From an uncultured Candidatus Sumerlaeota bacterium (GTDB taxonomy: Bacteria > CAYMEV01): a stretch of 64,000 bases of DNA. The stretch is taken from NCBI GenBank assembly GCA_964389675.1, contig CAYMEV010000005.1:62001-126000 (forward strand), written 5' to 3'. Positions 29,469-39,277 of this stretch are shown here, one piece after another. The notes beneath the pieces were generated by a model that saw only the letters and a program-made list of their open reading frames with translations, was not told the DNA's origin and did no database searches. The translations under genes and the position numbers were made by a program. Position 1 is the first letter of the stretch, and each line of letters starts with the position of its first letter.

Positions 29469-31799
29469 ATGAAAAAACTGCACATTTTATTTTTTTTATT
29501 TTTTCTGTTTTTTTTATATTCATTATCATACCCGATGGATATGGAACATGAAGGCAAGATAATAAACTCAATCAGTTTTTCCGGCATTAAAAGCTTTGAG
29601 CCATCGCTTTTTTTATTCAAGATTACAACAAGCGTGGGAAGTCGATTATCATATGAACAGCTGTCACAGGACATAAAGAAGCTTTTTGAGGAAGAATTGT
29701 TTGAAGATATTCAGGTTATTCTTGAAACAAATGCTGAAGGGACAGTTGACCTTACGTTCCAGGTCGTTGAGAAGCCTACTGTTACATCAATATCCATTAC
29801 CGGCAACAGCAAGCTTACTGAAAAACAGATACGGGAAAAAATTGAGCAAGATGAATTTTCAATGTACAGCAGGCAAAAGATTGCTAAAAGCATTAAATCA
29901 ATAAAAGAACTATATTTAGAAGAAGGCTACAGCTTTGCTGAAATAACGGTAAAAGAGGATTTTCGAGAAAATAACCGAATTGATCTTAACTTCATGATTG
30001 ATGAAGGCGAAAAGCTCAGGATATCTGATATTATATTCAAAGGCAACACGCATGTTTCCTCAGGAAAACTCAAGTGGAGGCTGAAAAGCTGGAAAAGAAG
30101 CTATCTGCTTTTTACATGGCTTACAGGCAAGGATGTATATAAGGTTGAGAATACACAGGAAGATGTTGATAAGATAAAAGAGATATATCAGGACAGGGGC
30201 TACTTAAGGGTTGCCGTGAAGGAGCCTTCGGTAGAAATTGTAAAGAAAGGGAAAAAAAGGCGGGTAGTACTGACCTACTATATAGAGGAAGGTGAAAAAT
30301 ATAATATAAACACCATTGATATTGAAGGTACCGAAAAGATAAAGGAAGAATCAATTCTTCCTTTGATAAATATAGAGGAAAGGTCTATTTATAACGGTTC
30401 GCTTGTAAACTCCGCAATAGAGGATATACAAAAATACTATCAGAACAGAGGGTATATCTATGCAAGGATTTACCCGGACATGGATATTGATGATGAAAAC
30501 CGCCTGGTCAATATTACTTTCGACATTACCGAAGGCGAGCAGATTTTTATAAGAAGAATTACTTTTGTCGGCAATGATGTAACGAAAGATAAGGTTATAA
30601 GGCGTGAATTTTTTCTCAGGGAAGGCGATCTATTCAGTATTGATCCTTTTATAGAAGGTATTAAAAAACTAAATTATATAGGCTATTTTTCCGAGGTTGA
30701 ACCAAATGTAATAGAGGTTGAGGGGGAAGATAACAAGGTTGACCTGGAAATAAAGGTAAAAGAGCAGGGCAAAAACCAGATTGAGTTTGGTGGCGGATAT
30801 TCCACATCAGACAAGATTTATTTCCATGGTGGCTTTATGACAAAAAACCTTCTGGGGACAGGCCTGGACGTTGGTATCAGTATGAGCACCGGTGAGAGAA
30901 CCAAGACATACAATTTCAAGATAACCGATCCATGGTTTTTTGATTATCCTCTATACGCTGAATTTGAGGTATTCAGGAAAAAAATAGAATATATAGGATA
31001 TCAGAACCTCACAAAGGGCTCGGGATTTGGTTTCGGGAAATCAATATACAGGTGGACAAATCTTTATTTCTCTTACTCCTTTGATCGAAGCAGGATTACA
31101 GATATAAATATGAGTTATTTTTATGATTCCGATGAGAAAATTCCGCCTCCTCCTGAAGAAGATACTGAATTTTTCGGTTTATGGATAGGCAAAAGAAATA
31201 CTTCACAAATTATGCTCAGTCTGGTTAATGACAGAAGAAATGCACAGATAAACGCAAGCAGAGGCAGTAGGAATGCTGTTTATGCAAGCCTTGCAGGAGG
31301 AATACTGGCAGGAGACAATAAATATTATTCTTTGACATATGACAGCATTTACTTTTTACAGCTTTTTGATCCTGTTTTTGTGGGCCTGCACGGGAAAATA
31401 AGCTATATAAAGCCGTATGGAGGCAGTTTTTTGCCAACAACCAAAAAGCTCTATCTTGGTGGCGACTATTCCATGAGAGGATTCAGGTCAAGGTCAATAG
31501 GCCCAAAGAATGAAAGAGGTGTTGTAATTGGAGGAAACAAGAGCCTTCTGTTCAATATTGAACTGACTATACCATTTACAGAGATTTTTTGGATTGTCCT
31601 GTTTTATGATATAGGAAATGTCTGGGATGAACATTCTGACTATTCACTGGATGATTTGAGGGATAGTGCTGGAGTTGAGCTTAGAATTACAATTCCTGCA
31701 ATCTATCTTCCAATAAGATTTATCTATGCATGGAATCTTAATCCCTTGGAAGATGAAGAAGAAAAGGATTTTATATTTGGATTTGGGACAACATTTTAA
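29469..31799 (+). CDS. bamA: Outer membrane protein assembly factor
   Basis: Signal peptide, about 5 POTRA domains, MRGF motif, C-terminal Phe. Confidence 0.95.
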   Translation: MKKLHILFFLFFLFFLYSLSYPMDMEHEGKIINSISFSGIKSFEPSLFLFKITTSVGSRLSYEQLSQDIKKLFEEELFEDIQVILETNAEGTVDLTFQVVEKPTVTSISITGNSKLTEKQIREKIEQDEFSMYSRQKIAKSIKSIKELYLEEGYSFAEITVKEDFRENNRIDLNFMIDEGEKLRISDIIFKGNTHVSSGKLKWRLKSWKRSYLLFTWLTGKDVYKVENTQEDVDKIKEIYQDRGYLRVAVKEPSVEIVKKGKKRRVVLTYYIEEGEKYNINTIDIEGTEKIKEESILPLINIEERSIYNGSLVNSAIEDIQKYYQNRGYIYARIYPDMDIDDENRLVNITFDITEGEQIFIRRITFVGNDVTKDKVIRREFFLREGDLFSIDPFIEGIKKLNYIGYFSEVEPNVIEVEGEDNKVDLEIKVKEQGKNQIEFGGGYSTSDKIYFHGGFMTKNLLGTGLDVGISMSTGERTKTYNFKITDPWFFDYPLYAEFEVFRKKIEYIGYQNLTKGSGFGFGKSIYRWTNLYFSYSFDRSRITDINMSYFYDSDEKIPPPPEEDTEFFGLWIGKRNTSQIMLSLVNDRRNAQINASRGSRNAVYASLAGGILAGDNKYYSLTYDSIYFLQLFDPVFVGLHGKISYIKPYGGSFLPTTKKLYLGGDYSMRGFRSRSIGPKNERGVVIGGNKSLLFNIELTIPFTEIFWIVLFYDIGNVWDEHSDYSLDDLRDSAGVELRITIPAIYLPIRFIYAWNLNPLEDEEEKDFIFGFGTTF

Positions 31800-31830
31800 G
31801 ATTAATATATAAAAAAAGGAGATAATATCA

Positions 31831-32355
31831 ATGAAAAGAAACTACATTGCAGCAATTCTGATCTTTATCCTGCCATGTATTGCCGGCACCATCTTTGCCC
31901 AGTCGCAGGAGGGGGACCTTGTCAAAATTGGCGTTATTAATACACAAAGGATACTTGAAGAGAGCAAGATCGGCAAATCTATCATCAATGAACTTGAATC
32001 ATTAAGGCTTGAAAGAAAAAAGGAGCTTGATTCATTAAACGCTGAGATTGAATCTCTGAAAAGCACGCTGGAGACACAGGCAAGCCTTCTAAGTACTGAT
32101 GCAAAAAGGACCAAGGAAGATGAGCTTTTGAAAAAACAGACCACACTCAGGAGAAAGGTAGAAGATTATGAAAATGAGCTCAGGACACGTCAGGACACTG
32201 TACTGCAGACTATAACAGTAAGAATAGAAAAGATCCTTGAAAATCTGGGAAAAGAACAGGGATATACAATTATCCTCAATGAGGCAGTAGCCCTTTATTT
32301 CAGTACAGAAATTGATATTACGGATGAAGTAATAAGCAGGCTGAATGCACAATAA
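31831..32355 (+). CDS. skp: OmpH/Skp periplasmic chaperone
   Basis: KIGVIN, coiled coil, DITDEVI; position after bamA. Confidence 0.9.
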   Translation: MKRNYIAAILIFILPCIAGTIFAQSQEGDLVKIGVINTQRILEESKIGKSIINELESLRLERKKELDSLNAEIESLKSTLETQASLLSTDAKRTKEDELLKKQTTLRRKVEDYENELRTRQDTVLQTITVRIEKILENLGKEQGYTIILNEAVALYFSTEIDITDEVISRLNAQ

Positions 32356-33385
32356 GAAGCTTTCTTTTTCCATAAACGATATTTTTGAGATAACAAAAGG
32401 GGATTTTTCTGGAAACAAGAATGGTCCGGTTATAACTGGTATAATGCCGCTTAACAAGGCAGAGAAGAACCATGTGACAATATTCGATAACCCTGATTAT
32501 AAGCATTACCTGGATAATGCCAGGCCGGCATTAATAATAGTAAAATCAGGCCTGGAAAAATACATTAAGGACAAAACAATACCATTGATCATTCATGAAA
32601 ATCCCCACTCAATACTCCCTGATCTCCTTAAACTGTTTGAAAAAACCCCTTCCTTAAAGGGTATAAGCAGTAATGCATATATTGATCCATCTTCAAATAT
32701 TGGACAAAATACATGCATAGGTGATTTTACAGTAATTATGAATGATTCACAGATAGGAGATGGCTGTGTTATTTTATCCAACTGCACTATAGGACAGGAT
32801 GTGCAGATAGGAGACAATACAGTCGTTTATCCTGGCGCTCGTGTATTAAACAGATGCAAAATAGGAAGCAATGTAATAATTCATTCCAATACTGTAATTG
32901 GAAGTGACGGATATGGCTACTATACAACACCTGAAGGCGTGCATAGAAAAATTCCGCAGATTGGAAGAGTGATAATAGAGGATGATGTTGAAATCGGGTC
33001 AAATGTCACTGTGGACAGGGGGACTATGGATGATACAATAATTGGGGAAGGCACAAAAATCGACAATCTGGTCCAGATTGCCCATAATGTCAAAATTGGA
33101 AAACACTGCCTGATCGTATCCCAGGTCGGAATAAGCGGAAGCGCTACAATTGGCGATCATGTAGTTATAGCCGGGCAGGCAGGGATCGCCGGTCATTTGA
33201 GCATTCCTTCACATACCAGGATAGGCGGCAGAAGTGCTGTAATTGGATCCATAGAAAAGCCAGGGGATTACTCAGGCTATCCGCTTCTGCCGCTGGGAGA
33301 TTTTCTTCGAAACATGTCCGCTATGAAAAGGCTTCATAATTTATACCAGGATCTGAAAAAAATTAAGAAGATATTGAAGATATAG
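32345..33385 (+). CDS. lpxD: UDP-3-O-acylglucosamine N-acyltransferase
   Basis: Hexapeptide repeats, [28 protein letters not shown]. Confidence 0.96.
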   Translation: MHNKKLSFSINDIFEITKGDFSGNKNGPVITGIMPLNKAEKNHVTIFDNPDYKHYLDNARPALIIVKSGLEKYIKDKTIPLIIHENPHSILPDLLKLFEKTPSLKGISSNAYIDPSSNIGQNTCIGDFTVIMNDSQIGDGCVILSNCTIGQDVQIGDNTVVYPGARVLNRCKIGSNVIIHSNTVIGSDGYGYYTTPEGVHRKIPQIGRVIIEDDVEIGSNVTVDRGTMDDTIIGEGTKIDNLVQIAHNVKIGKHCLIVSQVGISGSATIGDHVVIAGQAGIAGHLSIPSHTRIGGRSAVIGSIEKPGDYSGYPLLPLGDFLRNMSAMKRLHNLYQDLKKIKKILKI

Positions 33386-33387
33386 AT

Positions 33388-33738
33388 ATGCAGATCCCGA
33401 AAAACATAGAACTCCAATACATTATTCCAGATGATTTATGGTTCTTCAGCGGGCATTTTCCCGGAAATCCTGTATTTCCCGGTATCATGCTTATTTCACT
33501 TGGGATTGCAAAGCTTAAGGAAAAATATCCCAGGGTTTCCGAATACCGGTTAAGCAGTATCAAATACTGCAGATTTAAGGATATAATAAAACCAAATGAG
33601 ACTATAAAACTTAAGTATAATGTAAATTTCCAGCAGGATAATCCAGATCATCTGGAGATAAATTATATGATCGAAAAATTCTATAATATTTCTTTAAAAG
33701 CTAGTCTATTTATGAGCAAAGGAGCTGGTCATGATTGA
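33388..33738 (+). CDS. Short FabZ/ApeI-like hotdog-fold protein
   Basis: FFSGHFPGNPVFPG and RFKDIIKP motifs; occupies the fabZ position between lpxD and lpxA. Confidence 0.75.
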   Translation: MQIPKNIELQYIIPDDLWFFSGHFPGNPVFPGIMLISLGIAKLKEKYPRVSEYRLSSIKYCRFKDIIKPNETIKLKYNVNFQQDNPDHLEINYMIEKFYNISLKASLFMSKGAGHD

Positions 33739-34507
33739 TAAAACCGCAATTATTTCCAAGGATGCCAATATTGACATGGATGTGGATATTGGAGCTTACA
33801 GCATTATTGGAAAGGATGTCACAATTTCTAAAGGCACAACTGTCGGAACTCATTGTATAATTGAAGGCCCCACACAAATCGGGAAAAACAACAGGATTTT
33901 CCACCACTGCTCTCTGGGTACTGAACCTCAGGATATAACTTATAATAATGAAGAAACGAGGCTTATCATTGGAGATAACAATGTTATCAGGGAATTCTGC
34001 TATTTCAACAGGGGCACAATCCATGGAAGCAGGCAGACAGTCATTGGAAATAATAACTATTTAATGGGTTATGTGCATGTAGCACATGATTGTGTGATAA
34101 AGGACAGGATTATTATGGCAAATGCTGTGAATTTAGCAGGACATGTCATGATTGACAGCTATAGTTTTATCGGCGGCTTATCCGGCATACACCAGTTCTG
34201 CAGGATAGGGGCATACACAATGGTCGGGGGAGCTTCAGCCGTGACTGAAGATGTGCTCCCTTATTCAATAGTCTACGGGAACAGGGCTAAAACTGCAAAT
34301 ATAAATATTATAGGCCTTGAGAGGAATAATTTTGGAAAAGAAAGGATTTCACTTATTAAGAAGGCTTTTGAAATGATATACAGGTCAAAATATAATACAA
34401 CAGAAGCAGTAGGAAAACTCAGGGAGCTATATCCAGATTCCCCTGATATTTCATATCTTGTCAAGTTTGTTGAAGGATCAAAGAGAGGAATAGCCGGCCA
34501 TGCCTAA
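33731..34507 (+). CDS. lpxA: Acyl-ACP--UDP-N-acetylglucosamine acyltransferase
   Basis: PQD, IRE…RGT, HVAHDC, LAGHV, HQFCRIG motifs. Confidence 0.96.
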   Translation: MIDKTAIISKDANIDMDVDIGAYSIIGKDVTISKGTTVGTHCIIEGPTQIGKNNRIFHHCSLGTEPQDITYNNEETRLIIGDNNVIREFCYFNRGTIHGSRQTVIGNNNYLMGYVHVAHDCVIKDRIIMANAVNLAGHVMIDSYSFIGGLSGIHQFCRIGAYTMVGGASAVTEDVLPYSIVYGNRAKTANINIIGLERNNFGKERISLIKKAFEMIYRSKYNTTEAVGKLRELYPDSPDISYLVKFVEGSKRGIAGHA

Positions 34508-35447
34508 TAATAAAGATAAGATAAAAGCAGCTGTCATCGGTACCGGCTACCTGGGTTCCATTCATGCAAGAATTTACTCCGAGCTGAATCAGGCTGAACT
34601 TATTGGTGTCGTAGATATTGACGAAAATAAGGGTATTGAGGTTGCCAGGAAATACAATACAAGATATTACAGGAACATTGAAGACATTATTGAATCAGTA
34701 GATGCTGTATCCATTACCGTTCCTACATCAGATCACCTTAGAATGTCTCTGCCATTTATAAAAAAGGGGAAGGCACTCCTTATAGAGAAACCGATTGCAC
34801 ATGATATTGAAGCTGGCAACAGGATAATAAAGGAAGCAGAAGCCCACAATTCAATTATACAGATAGGACACCTCGAGCGTTTTAACCCTGCCATAGCATT
34901 TATCAGTGAGAAGATTCTCGATCCGCTATTTGTTGAATTCATTAGAATCGGGCCTTTTGTTGGAAGAGGAACAGATGTTGATGTAATAAGGGAGCTCATG
35001 ATACATGACCTTGACCTCATCAATTTTTTCGTTAAGCAGAAGATCATATCCATTGATGCAATAGGGGCGCCTGTCCTAAGCGATAAAACAGATATTGTAA
35101 CTGCCTGGATAGTTTTTGAAAAAGGTTGCAGGGCAAACCTGACCGCCTCCAGGGTAAGCCTGGAAAAGGAAAGAAAGATAAGGATATTCCAGAAGAACGG
35201 CTGTTTCAGCCTTGATCTGATTAATCAGACAGGCAGATTCCTTTACAGTGATAAAAACGGTAAAAAGCCTGAAATTATACTGGAAGAGCTGGAAATCACA
35301 AAAGGGGAACCGCTGAAACTCGAAATTGAGTCATTTCTGGACTGCATATTGAACAAGAAGGTTCCCCTGGTAACTGCCAAAGATGGTTTAGCTGCCCTTA
35401 AGCTTTCAGACAGGCTGAACGAAAGAATATTCATACCAGATAATTAG
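34500..35447 (+). CDS. gnnA: Gfo/Idh/MocA oxidoreductase, probable UDP-GlcNAc 3-dehydrogenase (GnnA-like)
   Basis: GTGYLG, EKP, GHLERFNP, LMIHDLD, ASRVS; located between lpxA and lpxB. Confidence 0.75.
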   Translation: MPNNKDKIKAAVIGTGYLGSIHARIYSELNQAELIGVVDIDENKGIEVARKYNTRYYRNIEDIIESVDAVSITVPTSDHLRMSLPFIKKGKALLIEKPIAHDIEAGNRIIKEAEAHNSIIQIGHLERFNPAIAFISEKILDPLFVEFIRIGPFVGRGTDVDVIRELMIHDLDLINFFVKQKIISIDAIGAPVLSDKTDIVTAWIVFEKGCRANLTASRVSLEKERKIRIFQKNGCFSLDLINQTGRFLYSDKNGKKPEIILEELEITKGEPLKLEIESFLDCILNKKVPLVTAKDGLAALKLSDRLNERIFIPDN

Positions 35448-35449
35448 CC

Positions 35450-36637
35450 ATGAAAAAGGTATTTATCTCCACCGGGGAGGTCTCAGGAGACCATTACGGA
35501 GCACTCCTTGCCTCAGGCTTAAAGGAAATTGATCCATCTATTACAATTTATGGCATTGGCGGGAAAGAGATGCAGAAGTCAGGAGTAGATACCATATTCG
35601 ATATAAAGGATATAGAGGCGATGGGGTTTGTTGAGGTACTCTCGAAGCTGACAGGAATATACAGGATAATAAAGGAAACATCCCGATTTATAATCAGGAA
35701 CGACATAGACTTATTTATACCCATTGATAACCCGGATTTCAATTTCAGAGTAATTAAAAGATTAAAAGGCCTGAGGACAAAAGTTTTTTATTATATTCCC
35801 CCTCAGGTATGGGCATGGAGAAAGAAAAGGGTTTTTTTCCTTAAAAGGCACGTTGATAAGACAGGGGTTATTTTCCCGTTTGAAAAGGATTTTTATTCTA
35901 AATACGGCATAAATGCTGTTTATGAAGGCCATCCTCTGGCAGAAAGGTATATAGAAGGCAATATGGATCTGGATAAATTGAAAGACAGATTCATGAAGAT
36001 AAAGGCAAAAGAAATAGAATTTAACCTGGCAATCCTTCCAGGCAGCAGGGAAACAGAGATCGATGCCATTCTTCCAGTACTTATTGAAACTCACAGATAC
36101 CTCAAAAATACTTTCCCTTTGATTAGATCCCATATACCCGTATCACCGAATGTAAGCAGGGAATTCATAATGCCTTATATAAGTGATATCGAAAATGATA
36201 TAATACTGCATGACAATGTGGATGAGGTATTTGCCTTCTGCGATTTTGCACTGATAGCATCAGGTACAGCTACACTGCAGGCCTGTCTTTACCCGATTCC
36301 TTATTTACTGGTTTATAAAATGCACAAATTATCCTTTATTATTGCCAAATTTTTCGCAAAGCTTAATAAAGCAAAGTTTATCGGCATATGCAATATTATT
36401 GCGGATAAGCTTATTATCCCGGAGTATATACAGGGTCAGGCATCTCCTGAAAAATTAGCAGAAGCAGTAGAAAGCTTTGTTTCCAATTTTGAGAAGGTTA
36501 AGGACATGATCGGGTCATTCCTGAATATAAGAAAAACACTTTACCGTAAGGGTTCTATCAGGTTAATATCAAGAGAAATATACAGTATGCTGGATAAAGG
36601 AGACATTTCTGATGAAGCTTTATCTAAGGTTTTTTAA
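35450..36637 (+). CDS. lpxB: Lipid A disaccharide synthase
   Basis: GEVSGD, IDNPDFN, PQVWAWR, GHPL, LPGSR, SGTATL. Confidence 0.96.
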   Translation: MKKVFISTGEVSGDHYGALLASGLKEIDPSITIYGIGGKEMQKSGVDTIFDIKDIEAMGFVEVLSKLTGIYRIIKETSRFIIRNDIDLFIPIDNPDFNFRVIKRLKGLRTKVFYYIPPQVWAWRKKRVFFLKRHVDKTGVIFPFEKDFYSKYGINAVYEGHPLAERYIEGNMDLDKLKDRFMKIKAKEIEFNLAILPGSRETEIDAILPVLIETHRYLKNTFPLIRSHIPVSPNVSREFIMPYISDIENDIILHDNVDEVFAFCDFALIASGTATLQACLYPIPYLLVYKMHKLSFIIAKFFAKLNKAKFIGICNIIADKLIIPEYIQGQASPEKLAEAVESFVSNFEKVKDMIGSFLNIRKTLYRKGSIRLISREIYSMLDKGDISDEALSKVF

Positions 36638-38498
36638 ATACTTATTCCGGTATCCGGTATCGCTCCTTGCAGGATTCTGCTGCATGGTCGTTTTTGCGCT
36701 TTCTTCAGGATTTTCAGTAGGCATGGTCTATCCACTGATGGATAAAATTTTTCTCAAATCGCCTGAAAATGAATATATCCAGAACTATACAATTGATACA
36801 CACATTGAGCTTCTCAGGCAGGATTTTCAATATATAAGGGACAATAAGGTAGATAATTTCAAGGATATTAAGGAAATATTCATTAAAAGGGCTGTATTCT
36901 TTTTTGATCATTCTGACAGGGTGCTTGTTTTGAAGCTGATTGTAGTACTGTCTTTCATAGTTGTCTCACTAAAGCTTTTTTCCGGGTATTTCCTGGCATT
37001 TTTCTTTGTAAAGGTTGAACAGGGGGCTGTAAAATCCCTTCAGGATGATACTGTCAGCAGCCTTCTTCACCAGAACCTCTCGTTTTTTTCAAAATACAAG
37101 GTTGGAGATTTTATAAGCAGGATCGTAGCTGATATTAATCTTTTAAAAAACGTGGCAATTTCAAATTTTGCAGAATTTTTGAAAAACTTTTTTCTAATTT
37201 TGGTCTTTGTATCAATAGTGCTGTCAATAAGCCTGAAGCTTTCGCTTATGATAATCATTCTTTTCCCTCCGCTTCTTATAATACTGAGAAGCATTAATTA
37301 TAAAATTCGAAAGTATACAAACAGGGCTCAGAGCAATATTGCCGACATAACAGGTACAATAACTGAAACATTGAACAATATCCGTATTGTTCAGGGTTTT
37401 ATGAAGCAGGATCATGAATATGGGAAAATCACAAAAAAAACTGCCAAATACAGGAACGCAAATACAAAACTATACAGGATCATGACATTATATTCGCCCT
37501 TATCTGAATTTCTTGGTACAATAGTAGCTCTATTCATACTTTATTATGGCGGAAGAATGGTATTAATCCAGGAATCTAATCTTACACCGGGCAAATTTTT
37601 CCTGTTTCTTGGAGCCATGCTGAGCTTAATACATCCAATGAATATAATCTCAAGACTGATCGGGCAGTTTCAGAATGGCACGGTTGCTTTGGAGAGGATT
37701 TTTCATATAATGGATTCGAAGCCTGAAGTCGTTGATGCACCTGATGCTATTGATAAAAACAGCTTTGAAGAATCCATAAAATTTGAAAATGTTTCATTTT
37801 CATATGATAAAGAGCACTATGTGCTTAAGGATATAAACCTTACAATAAAGAAGGGTGAATCCTTTGCGATAGTCGGAAAAAGCGGATGCGGGAAATCCAC
37901 TATGATGGACCTTCTGGTAAGATTTTATGATCCAGATAAGGGAAGAATACTTATAGATGGAACTGATATTAAGGATATTAAAATAAATTCATTAAGGCAT
38001 CTGTTTGGAATAGTCAACCAGGAAATACTTTTGTTTAACACCAACATATACGAAAATATAGTCTATGGTGATGAATTCTCCGATGAAGAAATCAAAGAAG
38101 CACTGGAATTATCCTACAGCAATTATTTTATAGAAAAACTTAAAAAAGGGCTTGATTTCGAGATTGGCGAGAGGGGCACAAGCCTTTCCGGGGGCGAGAG
38201 GCAAAGGCTTGCTATTGCAAGGGCTCTTATAAAAAAACCCTCAATTTTTATTTTTGATGAAGCGACAAGCAGTCTTGACAATGAATCAGAAACATTTATA
38301 CAGAAGGCTTTTTCAAATCTTATCCAGGGGAAGACATCCATTATTATTGCTCATAGACTGTCGACAATCAAGGATGTTGATAAGATTATAGTGATGGAGG
38401 AAGGTGAAATATCTGCCATAGGTACCCACAAACAGCTTTATGATGAATGCCCGCTATATAAAAAATACTATGATCTGCAGTTTAATATAGATATATGA
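36612..38498 (+). CDS. msbA: Lipid A export ABC transporter (MsbA-like)
   Basis: TMD + NBD (GKSGCGKST, LSGGERQR, DEATSSLD, IAHRLST); follows lpxB. Confidence 0.82.
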   Translation: MKLYLRFFKYLFRYPVSLLAGFCCMVVFALSSGFSVGMVYPLMDKIFLKSPENEYIQNYTIDTHIELLRQDFQYIRDNKVDNFKDIKEIFIKRAVFFFDHSDRVLVLKLIVVLSFIVVSLKLFSGYFLAFFFVKVEQGAVKSLQDDTVSSLLHQNLSFFSKYKVGDFISRIVADINLLKNVAISNFAEFLKNFFLILVFVSIVLSISLKLSLMIIILFPPLLIILRSINYKIRKYTNRAQSNIADITGTITETLNNIRIVQGFMKQDHEYGKITKKTAKYRNANTKLYRIMTLYSPLSEFLGTIVALFILYYGGRMVLIQESNLTPGKFFLFLGAMLSLIHPMNIISRLIGQFQNGTVALERIFHIMDSKPEVVDAPDAIDKNSFEESIKFENVSFSYDKEHYVLKDINLTIKKGESFAIVGKSGCGKSTMMDLLVRFYDPDKGRILIDGTDIKDIKINSLRHLFGIVNQEILLFNTNIYENIVYGDEFSDEEIKEALELSYSNYFIEKLKKGLDFEIGERGTSLSGGERQRLAIARALIKKPSIFIFDEATSSLDNESETFIQKAFSNLIQGKTSIIIAHRLSTIKDVDKIIVMEEGEISAIGTHKQLYDECPLYKKYYDLQFNIDI

Positions 38499-39244
38499 TT
38501 ACTGTTGGAATTATCACCAGAAACGAAGAAGCTAATATAAAAGAATGTATCTTATCTGCAGGCAGGATAACCGATAAAATATTAATAATAGATTCTTTGT
38601 CAGATGACAGGACAGTTGAAATAGCAAGAAGTCTGAATGCAGAGGTGATATTAAACGAATTTAGGGATTTTGTAACTCAAAAGAACCTGCTTATAAAGAA
38701 AAGCAGAACAGAATGGATATTTGTGCTTGATGCAGATGAGCGAATTACTGACAGGCTTGCTGAAGAGATCAGGAAAGAGATCGTTAATCCTTCCGTAAAC
38801 GGCTTTTTTATCCCAAGAAAGTCTTTTTATATTGACAGGTATATAAATCATTGCGGATGGTACCCTGATTATGTCCTTAAGCTTTTTAGAACAGGCATGG
38901 GATCATTTGCAGGCAATCTTGTTCATGAGACAGTTCAAATAAAGGGCAATACCAAAAAACTAAGGAATCATCTGCTTCACTACCCCTATAAAAGCATTTC
39001 ACACCATATTAGAAAAATCAACCATTACACCGACCTTTATACCATTGGAAATCCTGCCAAAAAATCTTCTATAGCAAGGATGCTGATCAATCCTGTCTAT
39101 AAATTCATAAAAACCTATTTTCTGCAGTTCGGTGTCCTTGATGGCAAAGCAGGGATTATACTGAGCATTATGGCCTCATACTATACTTTCTTGAAATACC
39201 TTAAAATTTATGAAAGAAACCGAAAAAAATGTAATCACAACTAA
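38495..39244 (+). CDS. Glycosyltransferase family 2 (LPS core beta-1,4-glucosyltransferase-like)
   Basis: NEE, DS.S.DRT, LDADE, WYPD, VHE, LDGKAG. Confidence 0.88.
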   Translation: MITVGIITRNEEANIKECILSAGRITDKILIIDSLSDDRTVEIARSLNAEVILNEFRDFVTQKNLLIKKSRTEWIFVLDADERITDRLAEEIRKEIVNPSVNGFFIPRKSFYIDRYINHCGWYPDYVLKLFRTGMGSFAGNLVHETVQIKGNTKKLRNHLLHYPYKSISHHIRKINHYTDLYTIGNPAKKSSIARMLINPVYKFIKTYFLQFGVLDGKAGIILSIMASYYTFLKYLKIYERNRKKCNHN

Positions 39245-39277
39245 TAAGGCAGGATCAGGCCTGTCAAAGCAGGAATA

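Noticed and set aside
29485..29520. Poly-T runs at the start of bamA as a phase-variation tract
   Set aside because: They encode Phe/Leu of the signal peptide in an essential gene; runs are at most 8 nt in an AT-rich genome.
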